Positions 36,033-51,083 of a DNA stretch of 59,893 nucleotides are shown piece after piece. The stretch comes from Squalus acanthias (Eukaryota). Location of the stretch: the NCBI GenBank assembly GCA_030390025.1, contig JASTWF010000355.1, forward strand, positions 434,001 to 493,893, read 5' to 3'. How positions within the stretch are numbered: position 1 is the stretch's first letter; each line of letters starts with the position of its first letter. A program made the translations under genes and the position numbers. The notes below the pieces were generated by a model. It was not told where the DNA came from, made no database searches, and saw nothing but the letters and a program-made list of their open reading frames with translations.

Positions 36033-36190
36033 ATCCAGACCGCCGTGAGTCGGGTGCTGCCCGGACAGCTGGCCTAGCACGGATTGACCAAGTACGCCAG
36101 CTCCAAGCAAAACTCCACAATTCACTGACAAAGCTACAGATCACACAACGGCTTTTTTAAGAGCCACCCACAGCCTCTCTGAAGGAGCCG
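36033..36190 (+). pseudogene. H2B: Histone H2B C-terminal fragment, copy 3, with stem-loop and downstream element
   Basis: IQTAVSRVLPGQLA*H..TKYASSK; GGCTTTTTTAAGAGCC-ACCCA at 36150-36170; purine-rich GAAGGAGC at 36181. Confidence 0.8.
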
Positions 36191-36281
36191 CCAGTTTAAT
36201 GCACCGATTTAGTCAGTTTATTCATTCGGGATAATGTCCCATCAATCTGGTGAGGACATTATCAGAAAATTAGTGAAACTG

Positions 36282-36408
36282 CCCCACGGCGAGCCCGGCG
36301 GAGGATAGCTGGTTTGGTGATGCCCTGGATGTTGTCACGGAGCACGTTACGGCGCCGTTTGGCTCCGCCTTTGCCCAGTCCTTTGCCTGCTGTAACTCGT
36401 CCATTTAT
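36282..36408 (-). pseudogene. H4: Histone H4 N-terminal fragment (not in ORF track)
   Basis: Minus strand reads [42 protein letters not shown]; start codon is ATA; similarity stops after about 41 codons. Confidence 0.9.
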
Positions 36409-39084
36409 GACGTTTCTTCACAGGACTATAAACTGAATGATAAACGCTCGCCGTGTTGATGAATTTATGAAGCCAGCCCGGACTGGTTGAGAAAGGCAGA
36501 GTGTGAGAGAGGCTGGGAGGAGACAGAATCAGAGTGACAGACAGAGCAAAGACAGCGTCATCTGAGCTTCAGCTCCGCCTCCAGGTTTCACGCTTCAGCA
36601 GTGAAACACTTGCCTGCTCCTCCCCCTCTCCCCACACGGAGTTTAATGCGACAGGAAGTGCCCCTGCGAGCGTCCCTTCCCCAGCTCTGCCAGCGGGGGC
36701 CGTTTCCTCTGTGCTCGGCTGATGATGGTTGAACACATCAGGGAGCAGAGATATCACGGGCCCGAGTAAGGAAGCAAACAACAGCCTCCTCACAGCAGCA
36801 CATCGCACTGGGACTGTGTCCGCAGATTGGGCTATGAGTCGGGGTAAGTTCAGCGGCAGTCGGGGTTTGCTTGTCAGAGGCAGAGTGGAACAGGAACTCG
36901 TTTGAAGACATGGAGTGAGTGGGGGAAGGGAGAGGCCATTCTTGGGCTGTGTGTGGACAGTGTTAAGTAACATAGAAAGTAAATCACCTCGCTCTTACAA
37001 ATCATTGCTGCTTTCTTCCCCCATATCAGGAGTGAATGTTGCTGATTCAGTTCCAATCTCACCGTGTCTGTTGTTCTTGGACAGTGAACAGTGGAAACAC
37101 AGCCTGACAGTGAGGTTTTGAGCAGTTCCACAAAGTGCATCTATTGCATTCACCAGGTGAGAAGTGTGAAAGAACACATTTCAAAAATGGGTTATTTTGT
37201 TTCGGTGCGTTGAGTTCTCCAGAAACCTGTTGCTTTTGATCGAGAGATACATTGTCGCTCCCTCAGATACATCATGATCCGAGATCTGTGACATTCTCTA
37301 AACTACACAGGCCCACAACTCGGTTTCAATAGACTGACAATAACTGATGTACAGCCCAGCTACCGATGCAATTATTACAGGAAGCGATTCAGAATTTTAC
37401 GCGTAGTCCCATGGGAGTGTGAGATATAAACCTGGACGGTGCCAATCGGGTGGCCTCATTCATGGTCCAGTGCTGGGTTTGGGTGGTGTCTGGATGCTGA
37501 TAACTGACCATAGAACCGTCCTACACACCTGGTGTGTAGAATCTGAGTGCCGCTGTACTGCAGTGAGGTCAGACAATGAAAATGTTTGTATCGCTTTTTC
37601 CTCTCTCCAGATACTTTACATTTGTTATAAACAAACACATTGGTTACAACTTTATTTTCATATTCTCCCAGCACCTGTCCATATAAGATAACAAATATTT
37701 TTCTCCTATTAATCTCATAGAAAAATACTTCAACGAGCCAGATTAAAATGATCTTTCCTCCAAAAAGTCACAAGGAACAGTGCAGGCAACTTCTTCTCAC
37801 ACACATTAAGTACATTATCACTCACAGGGCGCAGAGACTCAGAACTGTCCTCAATCTAATTATAACAGGCAGCAGAAGCAGTCAGTCCCACAGTGATCCG
37901 AATTCCCAGAGTTACATTATGAATCCCACAGTCACTTGCAGCGGTAGAATAAGATGTTGTTTCGAAGTCCAAACATATCGCTCTGACAGGCAGATCCATT
38001 GTCACTCCCTTACACTCACACACAAACAGATAGACACTGATACGGTGTCAATCCACACTGCTGGCTGTACACGGACAGTCAAACCCAACAACTAACAGAC
38101 AAGACCAGAATGTCAGAGGTAATGGACTGAACCAAATATCCTCCGGAGACAGTCACTGATAATCTCAAAAGAGCATTGGCCTACACAAGGTGGAGTAGGA
38201 ACTGAATCCAACAGTCACTCAGAGCAAGAATAGCACAGTACAAGATAATGTCAATGACATCATAATTCTTACATTCACACACATTATCAGTCCAACAGGT
38301 AAAGAATCAATCGCACACTCACACACAGTAGCAGAACTGACAGCTACAGAATAAAGCCCACACTCACAAAGCAGACAGACAGGTACAAAGTAAAATCCAC
38401 AATCACACCACAAGCAGACAAAACACTACATCCATATACTAGAAACTGAGTTCGAGTAAAATCCACACACACATCCTAGAGACAGATTGCTATAGAGTAA
38501 AACCCACACTCACATACCAGGCTGACAGCTATAGATAAAATCAACACTCACTTAAAAGAGACTGACAGACACAGAGTGAAACTCGCACTCACATCCCAGT
38601 GAGTGACAGGCACAAGATGAAACCCACACCCACAAGCATATAATGTCAGATACAGAATAAAATCCGCACTTCCATACCAGGAACAGGCAGTGACTGATTA
38701 TACCATTACTAATACAACAGACATTGACAATACAGCATAAAACCCCACTCGTACTGAAGCTGATATTTACACAGATCACACCACACTCACATACAAGAGA
38801 CAGAAAGATGCAGAGTGAAATACCCACTTGCACACCAGAAGCTGACAGATACAGAATAAAATCCCAGATTCTGACAGGTACAGAGTAAAGTCCACACTAC
38901 CATTCCAGACTCTGAATGATAAAGAGGAAAACAAAACTCAGGCTCCAGATGCATGTTAATATCATTACTCACAAACCTGTGACTTACAGATGCAGACTAA
39001 ATTCCACACTCTCATCCCACAAGCTGTCAGGCACTGAATAAAACCATTAATCTTACAACAGAAATTGAAAGGTGAGCATTAAAA

Positions 39085-40781
39085 CCCACACTCACATACC
39101 AGAGACTGTCATATACAGAGTGACACCCACACTCACATACCAGAGACTGTCATATACAGAGTGAAACCAACACTCACATACCAGAGACTGTCATATACAG
39201 AGTGAAACTCACGCTCACATACCAGAGATTGTCATATACAGAGTGAAACTCACGCTCACATACCAGAGACTGTCATATACAGAGTGACACCCACACTCAC
39301 ATACCAGATACTGTCATATACAGAGTGAAACCAACACTCACATACCAGAGACTGTCATATACAGAGTGAAACTCACGCTCACATACCAGAGACTGTCATA
39401 TACAGAGTGAACCTCACGCTCACATACCAGAGACTGTCATATACAGAGTGAAACCCACACTCACATACCAGAGACTGTCAGATACAGAGTGAAACCAACA
39501 CTCACATACCACAGACTGTCATATACAGAGTGAAACACACACTCACATACCAGAGACTGTCATATACAGAGTGAACCTCACGCTCACACACCAGAGACTG
39601 TCAGATACAGAGTGAAACTCATGCTCACATACCAGAGACTGTCAGATACAGAGTGAAACTCACGCTCACATACCAGAGACTGTCAGATACAGAGTGAAAC
39701 TCACGCTCACATACCAGAGACTGTCAGATACAGAGTGAAACTCACGCTCACATACCAGAGACTGTCAGATACAGAGTGAAACTCACGCTCACATACCAGA
39801 GACTGTCATATACAGAGTGAAACTCACGCTCACATATCTGAGACTGTCATATACAGAGTGAAACTCACGCTCACATACCAGAGACTGTCAGATATAGAGT
39901 GAAACCCACACTCACATACCAGAGACTGTCAGATACAGAGTGAAACTCACGCTCACATACCAGAGACTGTCAGATATAGAGTGAAACCCACACTCACATA
40001 CCAGAGACTGTCCGATACAGAGTGAAACTCACGCTCACATACCAGAGACTGTCAGATACAGAGTGAAACTCACACTCACATACCAGAGACTGTCAGATAC
40101 AGAGTGAAACTCACGCTCACATACCAGAGACTGTCAGGTACAGAGTGAAACTCACACTCACATACCAGAGACTGTCAGATACAGAGTGAAACCCACACTC
40201 ACATACCAGAGACTGTCAGATACAGAGTGAAACTCACGCGCACATACCAGAGACTGTCATATACAGAGTGAAACTCACACTCACAATCCAGAGACTGTCA
40301 TATACAGAGTGAAACTCACGCTCACATACCAGAGACTGTCAGATATAGAGTGAAACCCACACTCACATACCAGAGACTGTCAGATACAGAGTGAAACTCA
40401 CGCTCACATACCAGAGACTGTCAGATACAGAGTGAAACCCACACTCACATACCAGAGACTGTCAGATACAGAGTGAAACTCACGCGCACATACCAGAGAC
40501 TGTCATATACAGAGTGAAACTCACGCTCACATACCAGAGACTGTCAGATACAGAGTGAAACGCACACTCACATACCAGAGACTGTCAGATACAGAATGAA
40601 ACCCACACTCACATAGCAGAGACTGTCATATACAGAGTGAAACTCACGCTCACATACCAGAGACTGTCAGATACAGAGTGAAACTCACGCTCACATACCA
40701 GAGACTGTCAGATACAGAGTGAAACTCACACTCACATACCAGAGACTGTCATATACAGAGTGAAACACACGCTCACATACC
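39085..40781 (+). repeat. 41-bp satellite, variant A, block 1
   Basis: Unit CTCACATACCAGAGACTGTCAGATACAGAGTGAAACTCACG. Confidence 0.95.
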
Positions 40782-40849
40782 AGCAGATCACAAGTGCATA
40801 ATAAATCCAAAATTTGCATACCAGAAACTGAAGCTATTGAAATAAACCA

Positions 40850-43800
40850 ACACTCACATTCCAGAGACTGACAGATACAGAACAAAATCCAAACTCACAT
40901 TCCAGAGACTGACAGATACAGAACAAAATCCACACTCACATTCCAGAGACTGACAGATACAGAACAAAATCCACACTCACATTCCAGAGACTGACAGATA
41001 CAGGACAAAATCCACAGTCACATTCCAGAGACTGACAGATACAGGACAAAATCCACACTCACATTCCAGAGACTGACAGATACAGGACAATAACCACACT
41101 CACATTACAGAGACTGACCGATACAGGACAAAATCCACACTCACATTCCAGAGACTGACAGATACAGGACAAAATCCACACTCACATTCCAGAGACTGAC
41201 AGATACAGAACAAAATCCACACTCACATTCCAGAGACTGACAGATACAGAACAAAATCCACACTCACATTCCAGAGACTGACTGATACAGAACAAAATCC
41301 ACACTCACATTCCAGAGACTGACAGATACAGAACAAAATCCACACTCACATTCCAGAGACTGACTGATACAGAACATAATCCACACGCACATTCCAGAGA
41401 CTGACTGATACAGGACAAAATCCACACTCACATTCCAGAAACTGACAGATACAGAACAAAATCCACACTCACATTCAAGAAACTGACAGATACAGAACAA
41501 AATCCACACTCACAATCCAGAGACTGACTGATACAGAACAAAATCCACACTCACATTCCAGAGATTGACATATACAGGACAAAATCCACACTTACATTCC
41601 AGAGACTGACATATACAGGACAAAATCCACACTCACATTCCAGAGACTGACAGATACAGAACAAAATCCACATTCACATTCCAGAAACTGACAGATACAG
41701 GACAAAATCCACACTCACATTCCAGAGACTGACATATACAGGACAAAATCCACACTCACATTCCAGAGACTGACAGATACAGAACAAAATCCACACTCAC
41801 ATTCCAGAGACTGACAGATACAGAACAAAATCCACACTCGCATTCCAGAGACTGACAGATACAGAACAAAATCCACACTCACATTCCAGAGACTGACAGA
41901 TACAGGACAAAATCCACACTCACATTCCAGAGACTGACAGATACAGGACAAAATCCACACTCACATTCCAGAGACTGACAGATACAGAACAAAATCCACA
42001 CTCACATTCCAGAGACTGACAGATACAGAACAAAATCCACACTCACATTCCGGAAACTGACAGATACAGAACAAAATCCACACTCACATTCCAGAGACTG
42101 ACAGATACAGAACAGAATCCACACTCACATTCCAGAGACTGTCAGATACAGGACAAAATCCACACTCACATTCCAGAGACTGACAGATACAGGACAGAAT
42201 CCACACTCACATTCCGGAAACTGACAGATACAGAAAAAAATCCACACTCACATTCCAGAGACTGACAGATACAGGACAAAATCCACACTCACATTCCAGA
42301 AACTGTCAGATACAGAACAAAATCCACACTCACATTCCAGAGACTGACAGATACAGAACAAAATCCACACTCACATTCCAGAGACTGACAGATACAGAAC
42401 AAAATCCACATTCACATTCCAGAAACTGACAGATACAGGACAGAATCCACACTCACATTCCATAGACTGACAGATACAGAACAAAATCCACACTCACATT
42501 CCAGAGACTGACAGATACAGGACAAAATCCACACTCACATTCCAGAGACTGACAGATACAGGACAAAATCCACACTCACATTCCAGAGACTGACAGATAC
42601 AGGACAAAATCCACACTCACATTCCAGAGACTGACCGATACAGGACAAAATCCACACTCACATTCCAGAGACTGACAGATACAGGACAAAATCCACACTC
42701 ACATTCCAGAGACTGACAGGTACAGGACAAAATCCACACTCACATTCCAGAGACTGACAGATACAGAACAAAATCCACACTCACATTCCAGAGACTGAAA
42801 GATACAGAACAAAATCCACACTCACATTCCAGAGACTGACTGATACAGAACAAAATCCACACTCACATTCCAGAGACTGACAGATACAGAACAAAATCCA
42901 CACTCACATTCCAGAGACTGACTGATACAGAACATAATCCACACTCACATTCCAGGGACTGACTGATACAGGACAAAATCCACACTCACATTCCAGAAAC
43001 TGACAGATACAGAACAAAATCCACACTCACATTCCAGAAACTGACAGATACAGAACAAAATCCACACTCACAATCCAGAGACTGACTGATACAGAACAAA
43101 ATCCACACTCACATTCCAGAGACTGACATATACAGGACAAAATCCACACTCACATTCCAGAGACTGACATATACAGGACAAAATCCACATTCACATTCCA
43201 GAAACTGACAGATACAGGACAAAATCCATACTCACATTCCAGAGACTGACATATACAGGACAAAATCCACACTCACATTCCAGAGACTGACAGATACAGA
43301 ACAAAATCCACACTCACATTCCAGAGACTGACAGATACAGAACAAAATCCACACTCGCATTCCAGAGACTGACAGATACAGTACAAAATCCACACTCACA
43401 TTCCAGAGACTGACAGATACAGGACAAAATCCACACTCACATTCCAGAGACTGACAGATACAGGACAAAATCCACACTCACATTCCAGAGACTGACAGAT
43501 ACAGAACAAAATCCACACTCACATTCCAGAGACTGACAGATACAGAACAAAATCCACACTCACATTCTGGAAACTGACAGATACAGAACAAAATCCACAC
43601 TCACATTCCAGAGACTGACAGATACAGGACAGAATCCACACTCACACCCAGAGACTGTCAGATACAGAACAAAATCCACACTCACATTCCAGAGACTGAC
43701 AGAAACAGGACAGAATCCACACTCACATTCCGGAAACTGACAGATACAGAACAAAATCCACACTCACATTCCAGAGACTGACAGATACAGGACAAAATCC

Positions 43801-44640
43801 ACACTCACATTCCAGAAACTGTCAGATACAGAACAAAATCCACACTCACATTCCAGAGACTGACAGATACAGGACAAAATCCACACTCACATTCCAGAGA
43901 CTGACAGATACAGAACAAAATCCACACTCACATTCCAGAGACTGACAGATACAGGACAGAATCCACACTCACATTCCATAGACTGACAGATACAGAACAA
44001 AATCCACACTCACATTCCAGAGACTGACAGAAACAGGACAAAATCCACACTCACATTCCAGAGACTGACAGATACAGGACAAAATCCACACTCACATTCC
44101 AGAGACTGACAGATACAGAACAAAATCCACACTCACATTCCAGAGACTGACAGACACAGGACAAAATCCACACTCACATTCCATAGACTGACAGATACAG
44201 AACAAAATCCACACTCACATTCCAGAGACTGACAGATACAGGACAAAATCCACACTCACATTCCAGAGACTGACAGATACAGGACAAAATCCACACTCAC
44301 ATTCCAGAGACTGACGGATACAGAACAAAATCCACACTCACATTCCAGAGACTGACTGATACAGGACAAAATCCACACTCACATTCCAGAGACTGACAGA
44401 TACAGAACAAAATCCACACTCACATTCCAGAGACTGACTGATACAGAACAAAATCCACACTCACATTCCAGAGACTGACAGATACAGAACAAAATCCACA
44501 CTCACATTCCAGAGACTGACAGATACAGAACAAAATCCACACTCACATTCCAGAGACTGACAGATACAGAACAAAATCCACACTCACATTCCAGAGACTG
44601 ACATATACAGAACAAAATCCACACTCACATTCCAGAGACT
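40850..44640 (+). repeat. 41-bp satellite, variant B, block 1
   Basis: Unit CCACACTCACATTCCAGAGACTGACAGATACAG(A/G)ACAAAAT. Confidence 0.95.
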
Positions 44641-44644
44641 ATTT

Positions 44645-46888
44645 GATACAGAGTGAAACTCACACTCACAATCCAGAGACTGTCATATACAGAGTGAAAA
44701 TCACGCTCACATACCAGAGACTGTCAGATATAGAGTGAAACCCACACTCACATACCAGAGACTGTCAGATACAGAGTGAAACTCACGCTCACATACCAGA
44801 GACTTTCAGATGTAGAGTGAAACCCACACTCACATACCAGAGACTGTCAGATACAGAGTGAAACCCACACTCACATATGAGAGACTGTCATATACAGAGT
44901 GAAACCAACACTCACATACCAGAGACTGTCATATACAGAGTGAAACTCACGCTCACATACCAAAGATTGTCATATACAGAGTGAAACTCACGCTCACATA
45001 CCAGAGACTGTCATATACAGAGTGACACCCACACTCACATACCAGAGACTGTCATATACAGAGTGAAACCAACACTCACATACCAGAGACTGTCATATAC
45101 AGAGTGAAACTCACGCTCACATACCAGAGACTGTCATATACAGAGTGAACCTCACGCTGACATACCAGAGACTGTCATATACAGAGTGAAACCCACACTC
45201 ACATACCAAAGACAGTCAGATACAGAGTGAAACCAACACTCACATACCACAGACTGTCATATACAGAGTGAAACACACACTCACATACCAGAGACTGTCA
45301 TATACAGAGTGAACCTCACGCTCACACACCACAGACTGTCAGATACAGAGTGAAACTCACGCTCACATACCAGAGACTGTCAGATACAGAGTGAAACTCA
45401 GGCTCACATACCAGAGACTGTCAGATACAGAGTGAAACTCACGCTCACATACCAGAGACTGTCAGATACAGAGTGAAACTCACGCTCACATATCAGAGAC
45501 TGTCAGATACAGAGTGAAACTCACGCTCACATACCAGAGACTGTCATATACAGAGTGAAACTCACGCTCACATGTCTGAGACTGTCATATACAGAGTGAA
45601 ACTCACGCTCACATACCAGAGACTGTCAGATACAGAGTGAAACTCACGCTCACATACCAGAGACTGTCATATACAGAGTGAAACTCACGCTCACATACCA
45701 GAGACTGTCAGATATAGAGTGAAACCCACACTCACATACCAGAGACTGTCAGATACAGAGTGAAACTCACGCTCACATACCAGAGACTGTCAGATATAGA
45801 GTGAAACCCACACTCACATACCAGAGACTGTCAGATACAGAGTGAAACTCACGCTCACATACCAGAGACTGTCAGATACAGAGTGAAACTCACACTCACA
45901 TACCAGAGACTGTCAGATACAGAGTGAAACTCACGCTCACATACCAGAGACTGTCATATACAGAGTGAAACCCACACTCACATACCAGAGACTGTCAGAT
46001 ACAGAGTGAAACTCATGCTCACAATCCAGAGACTGTCATATACAGAGTGAAACTCACGCTCACATACCAGAGACTGTCAGATATAGAGTGAAACCCACAC
46101 TCACATACCAGAGACTGTCAGATACAGAGTGAAACTCACGCTCACATACCAGAGACTGTCAGATATAGAGTGAAACCCACACTCACATACCAGAGACTGT
46201 CAGATACAGAGTGAAACTCACGCTCACATACCAGAGACTGTCAGATACAGAGTGAAACTCACACTCACATACCAGAGACTGTCAGATACCGAGTGAAACT
46301 CACGCTCACATACTAGAGACTGTCATATACAGAGTGAAACCCACACTCACATACCAGAGACTGTCATATACAGAGTGAAACCCACACTCACATACCAGAG
46401 ACTGTCAGATACAGAGTGAAACCCACACTCACATACCAAAGTCTGTCAGATACAGAGTGAAACTCACGCTCACATACCAGAGACTGTCAGATACAGAGTG
46501 AAACCCACACTCACATACCAAAGTCTGTCAGATACAGAGTGAAACCCACACTCACATACCAAAGTCTGTCAGATACAGAGTGAAACTCACGCTCACATAC
46601 CAGAGACTGTCAGATACAGAGTGAATCGCGCACTCACATACCAGAGACTGTCAGATACAGACTGAAACCCACACTCACATACCAGAGACTGTCATATACA
46701 GAGTGAAACTCACGCTCACATACCAGAGACTGTCAGATACAGAGTGAAACTCACGCTCACATACCAGAGACTGTCAGATACAGAGTGAAACTCATGCTCA
46801 CATACCAGAGACTGTCAGATACAGAGTGAAACTCACACTCACATACCAGAGACTGTCATATACAGAGTGAAACTCACGCTCACATACC
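44645..46888 (+). repeat. 41-bp satellite, variant A, block 2
   Basis: Same unit and same early variant order as block 1. Confidence 0.95.
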
Positions 46889-46956
46889 AGCAGATCACAA
46901 GTGCATAATAAATCCAAAATTTGCATACCAGAAACTGAAGCTACTGAAATAAACCA

Positions 46957-49900
46957 ACACTCACATTCCAGAGACTGACAGATACAGAACAAAATCCAAA
47001 CTCACATTCCAGAGACTGACAGATACAGAACAAAATCCACACTCACATTCCAGAGACTGACAGATACAGAACAAAATCCACACTCACATTCCAGAGACTG
47101 ACAGATACAGGACAAAATCCACACTCACATTCCAGAGACTGACAGATACAGCACAAAATACACACTCACATTCCAGAGACTGACCGATACAGGACAAAAT
47201 CCACACTCACATTCCAGAGACTGACAGATACAGGACAAAATCCACACTCACATTCCAGAGACTGACAGATACAGGACAAAATCCACACTCACATTCCAGA
47301 GACTGACAGATACAGAACAAAATCCACACTCACATTCCAGAGACTGACAGAAACAGAACAAAATCCACACTCACATTCCAGAGACTGACTGATACAGAAC
47401 AAAATCCACACTCACATTCCAGAGACAGACAGATACAGAACAAAATCCACACTCACATTCCAGAAACTGACAGATACAGAACAAAATCCACACTCACATT
47501 CCAGAAACTGACAGATACAGAACAAAATCCACACTCACAATCCAGAGACTGACTGATACAGAACAAAATCCACACTCACATTCCAGAGACTGACATATAC
47601 AGGACAAAATCCACACTCACATTCCAGAGACTGACATATACAGGACAAAATCCACACTCACATTCCAGAGACTGACAGATACAGGACAAAATTCACACTC
47701 ACATTCCAGAGACTGAGAGATACAGGACAAAATCCACACTCACATTCCAGAGACTGACCGATACAGGACAAAATCCACACTCACATTCCAGAGACTGACA
47801 GATACAGAACAAAATCCACACTCACATTCCAGAGACTGACAGATACAGAACAAAATCCACACTCGCATTCCAGAGACTGACAGATACAGAACAAAATCCA
47901 CACTCACATTCCAGAGACTGACAGATACAGGACAAAATCCACACTCACATTCCAGAGACTGACAGATACAGGACAAATCCACACTCACATTCCAGAGACT
48001 GACAGGTACAGAACAAAATCCACACTCACATTCCAGAGACTGACAGATACAGAACAAAATCCACACTCACATTCCGGAAACTGACAGATACAGAACAAAT
48101 TCCACACTCACATTCCAGAGACTGACAGATACAGGACAGAATCCACACTCACATTCCAGAGACTGTCAGATACAGAACAAAATCCACACTCACATTCCAG
48201 AGACTGACAGATACAGGACAGAATCCACTCTCACATTCCGGAAACTGACAGATACAGAACAAAATCCACACTCACATTCCAGAGACTGACAGATACAGGA
48301 CAAAATCCACACTCACATTCCAGAAACTGTCAGATACTGAACAAAATCCACACTCACATTCCAGAGACTGACAGATACAGAACAAAATCCACACTCACAT
48401 TCCAGAGACTGACAGATACAGGACAGAATCCACAGTCACATTCCATAGACTGACAGATACAGAACAAAATCCACACTCACATTCCAGAGACTGACAGATA
48501 CAGGACAAAATCCACACTCACATTCCAGAGACTGACAGATACAGGACAAAATCCACACTCACATTCCAGAGACTGACAGATACAGAACAAAATCCACACT
48601 CACATTCCAGAGACTGACTGATACAGAACAAAATCCACACTCACATTCCAGAGACTGACAGATACAGAACAAAATCCACACTCACATTCCAGAGACTGAC
48701 TGATACAGAACAAAATCCACACTCACATTCCAGAGACTGACAGATACAGAACAAAATCCACACTCACATTCCAGAGACTGACAGATACAGAACAAAATCC
48801 ACACTCACATTCCAGAGACTGACAGATACAGGACAAAATCCACACTCACATTCCAGAAACTGACAGATACAGAACAAAATCCACACTCACATTCCAGAAA
48901 CTGACAGATACAGGACAAAATCCACACTCACATTCCAGAAACTGACAGATACAGGACAAAATCCAACACTCACATTCCAGAAACTGACAGATACAGGACA
49001 AAATCCACACTCACATTCCAGAGACTGACAGATACAGGACAAAATCCACACTCACATTCCAGAGACTGACTGATACAGAACAAAATCCACACTCACATTC
49101 CAGAGACTGACAGATACAGCACAAAATCCACACTCACATTCCAGAAACTGACAGATACAGAACAAAATCCACACTCACATTCCAGAGACTGACTGATACA
49201 GAACAAAATCCAACTCACATTCCGGAAACTGACAGATACAGGACAAAATCCACACTCACATTCCAGAAACTGACAGATACAGGACAAAATCCACACTCAC
49301 ATTCCAGAGACTGACAGATACAGGACAAAATCCACACTCACATTCCAGAGACTGACTGATACAGAACAAAATCCACACTCACATTCCAGAGACTGACAGA
49401 TACAGCACAAAATCCACACTCACATTCCAGAAACTGACAGATACAGAACACAATCCACACTCACATTCCAGAGACTGACAGAAACAGCACAAAATCCACA
49501 CTCACATTCCAGAAACTGACAGATACAGGACAAAATCCACACTCACATTCCAGAAACTGACAGATACAGAACAAAATCCCCACTCACATTCCACAGACTG
49601 ACAGATACTGAACAAAATCCACACTCACATTCCAGAAACTGACAGATACAGGACAAAATCCACACTCACATTCCAGAGACTGACAGATACAGAACAAAAT
49701 CCACACTCACATTCCAGAAACTGACAGATACAGAACAAAATCCACACTCACATTCCAGAAACTGACAGATACTGAACAAAATCCACACTCACATTCCAGA
49801 GACTGACATATACAGAACAAAATCCACACTCACATTCCAGAGACTGACTGACACAGAACAAAATCCAAACTCACATTCCGGAAACTGACATATACAGAAC

Positions 49901-51080
49901 AAAATCCACACTCACATTCCAGAGACTGACAGATACAGGACAAAATCCACACTCACATTGCAGAGACTGACAGATACAGAACAAAATCCACACTCACATT
50001 CCAGAGACTGACAGATACAGAACAAAATCCACACTCACATTCCAGAGACTGACAGATACACAACAAAATCCACACTCACATTCCAGAGACTGACAGATAC
50101 AGGACAAAATCCACACTCACATTCCAGAGACTGACAGATACAGGACAAAATTCACACTCACATTCCAGAGACTGACAGATACACAACAAAATCCACACTC
50201 ACATTCCAGAGACTGACAGATACAGGACAAAATCCACACTCACATTCCAGAGACTGACAGATACACTACAAAATCCACACTCACATTCCAGAAACTGTCA
50301 GATACAGATCAAAATCCACACTCATATTCCAGAGACTGACAGATACAGGACAAAATCCACACTCACATTCCAGAGACTGACAGATACAGGACAAAATCCA
50401 CACTCACATTCCAGAGACTGACAGATACAGAACAAAATCCACACTCACATTCCGGAAACTGACAGATACAGAACAAAATCCACACTCACATTCCAGAAAC
50501 TGACAGATACAGGACAAAATCCACACTCACATTACAGAGACTGACAGATACAGAACAAAATCCACACTCACATTCCTGAAACTGACATATACAGAACAAA
50601 ATCCACACTCACATTCCGGAAACTGACAGATACAGAACAAAATCCACACTCACATTCCAGAAACTGTCATATGCAGAACAAAATCCACACTCACATTCCA
50701 GAGACTGACAGATACAGAACAAAATCCACACTCACATTCCGGAAACTGACATATACAGAACAAAATCCACACTCACATTCCAGAGACTGACAGATACAGA
50801 AAAAAATCCACACTGACATTCCAGAGACTGACAGATACAGAACAAAATCCACACTCACATTCCAGAGACTGACAGATACTGAACAAAATCCACACTCACA
50901 TTCCAGAGACTGACAGATACAGAACAAAATCCACACTCACATTCCAGAGACTGACAGATACAGAACAAAATCCATACTCACATTCCAGAGACTGACAGAT
51001 AAAGGACAAAATCCACACTCACATTCCAGAAACTGACAGATACAGAACAAAATCCACACTCACATTCCGGAAACTGTCAG
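46957..51080 (+). repeat. 41-bp satellite, variant B, block 2
   Basis: Same unit as 40850-44640. Confidence 0.95.
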
Positions 51081-51083
51081 CTA

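Noticed and set aside
36500..38250. Possible host promoter or exons in unique sequence
   Set aside because: Isolated splice-like and GGAAGTG motifs only; no recognisable coding similarity.
40691..50936. Cys-rich minus-strand ORFs (CICQSLECECGF..)
   Set aside because: Translations of the satellite; the 41-bp unit is not a multiple of 3 and stops recur.
39085..51080. CRISPR-like regular array
   Set aside because: Units are contiguous with no unique spacers, no cas genes, and the context is eukaryotic; it is a satellite.
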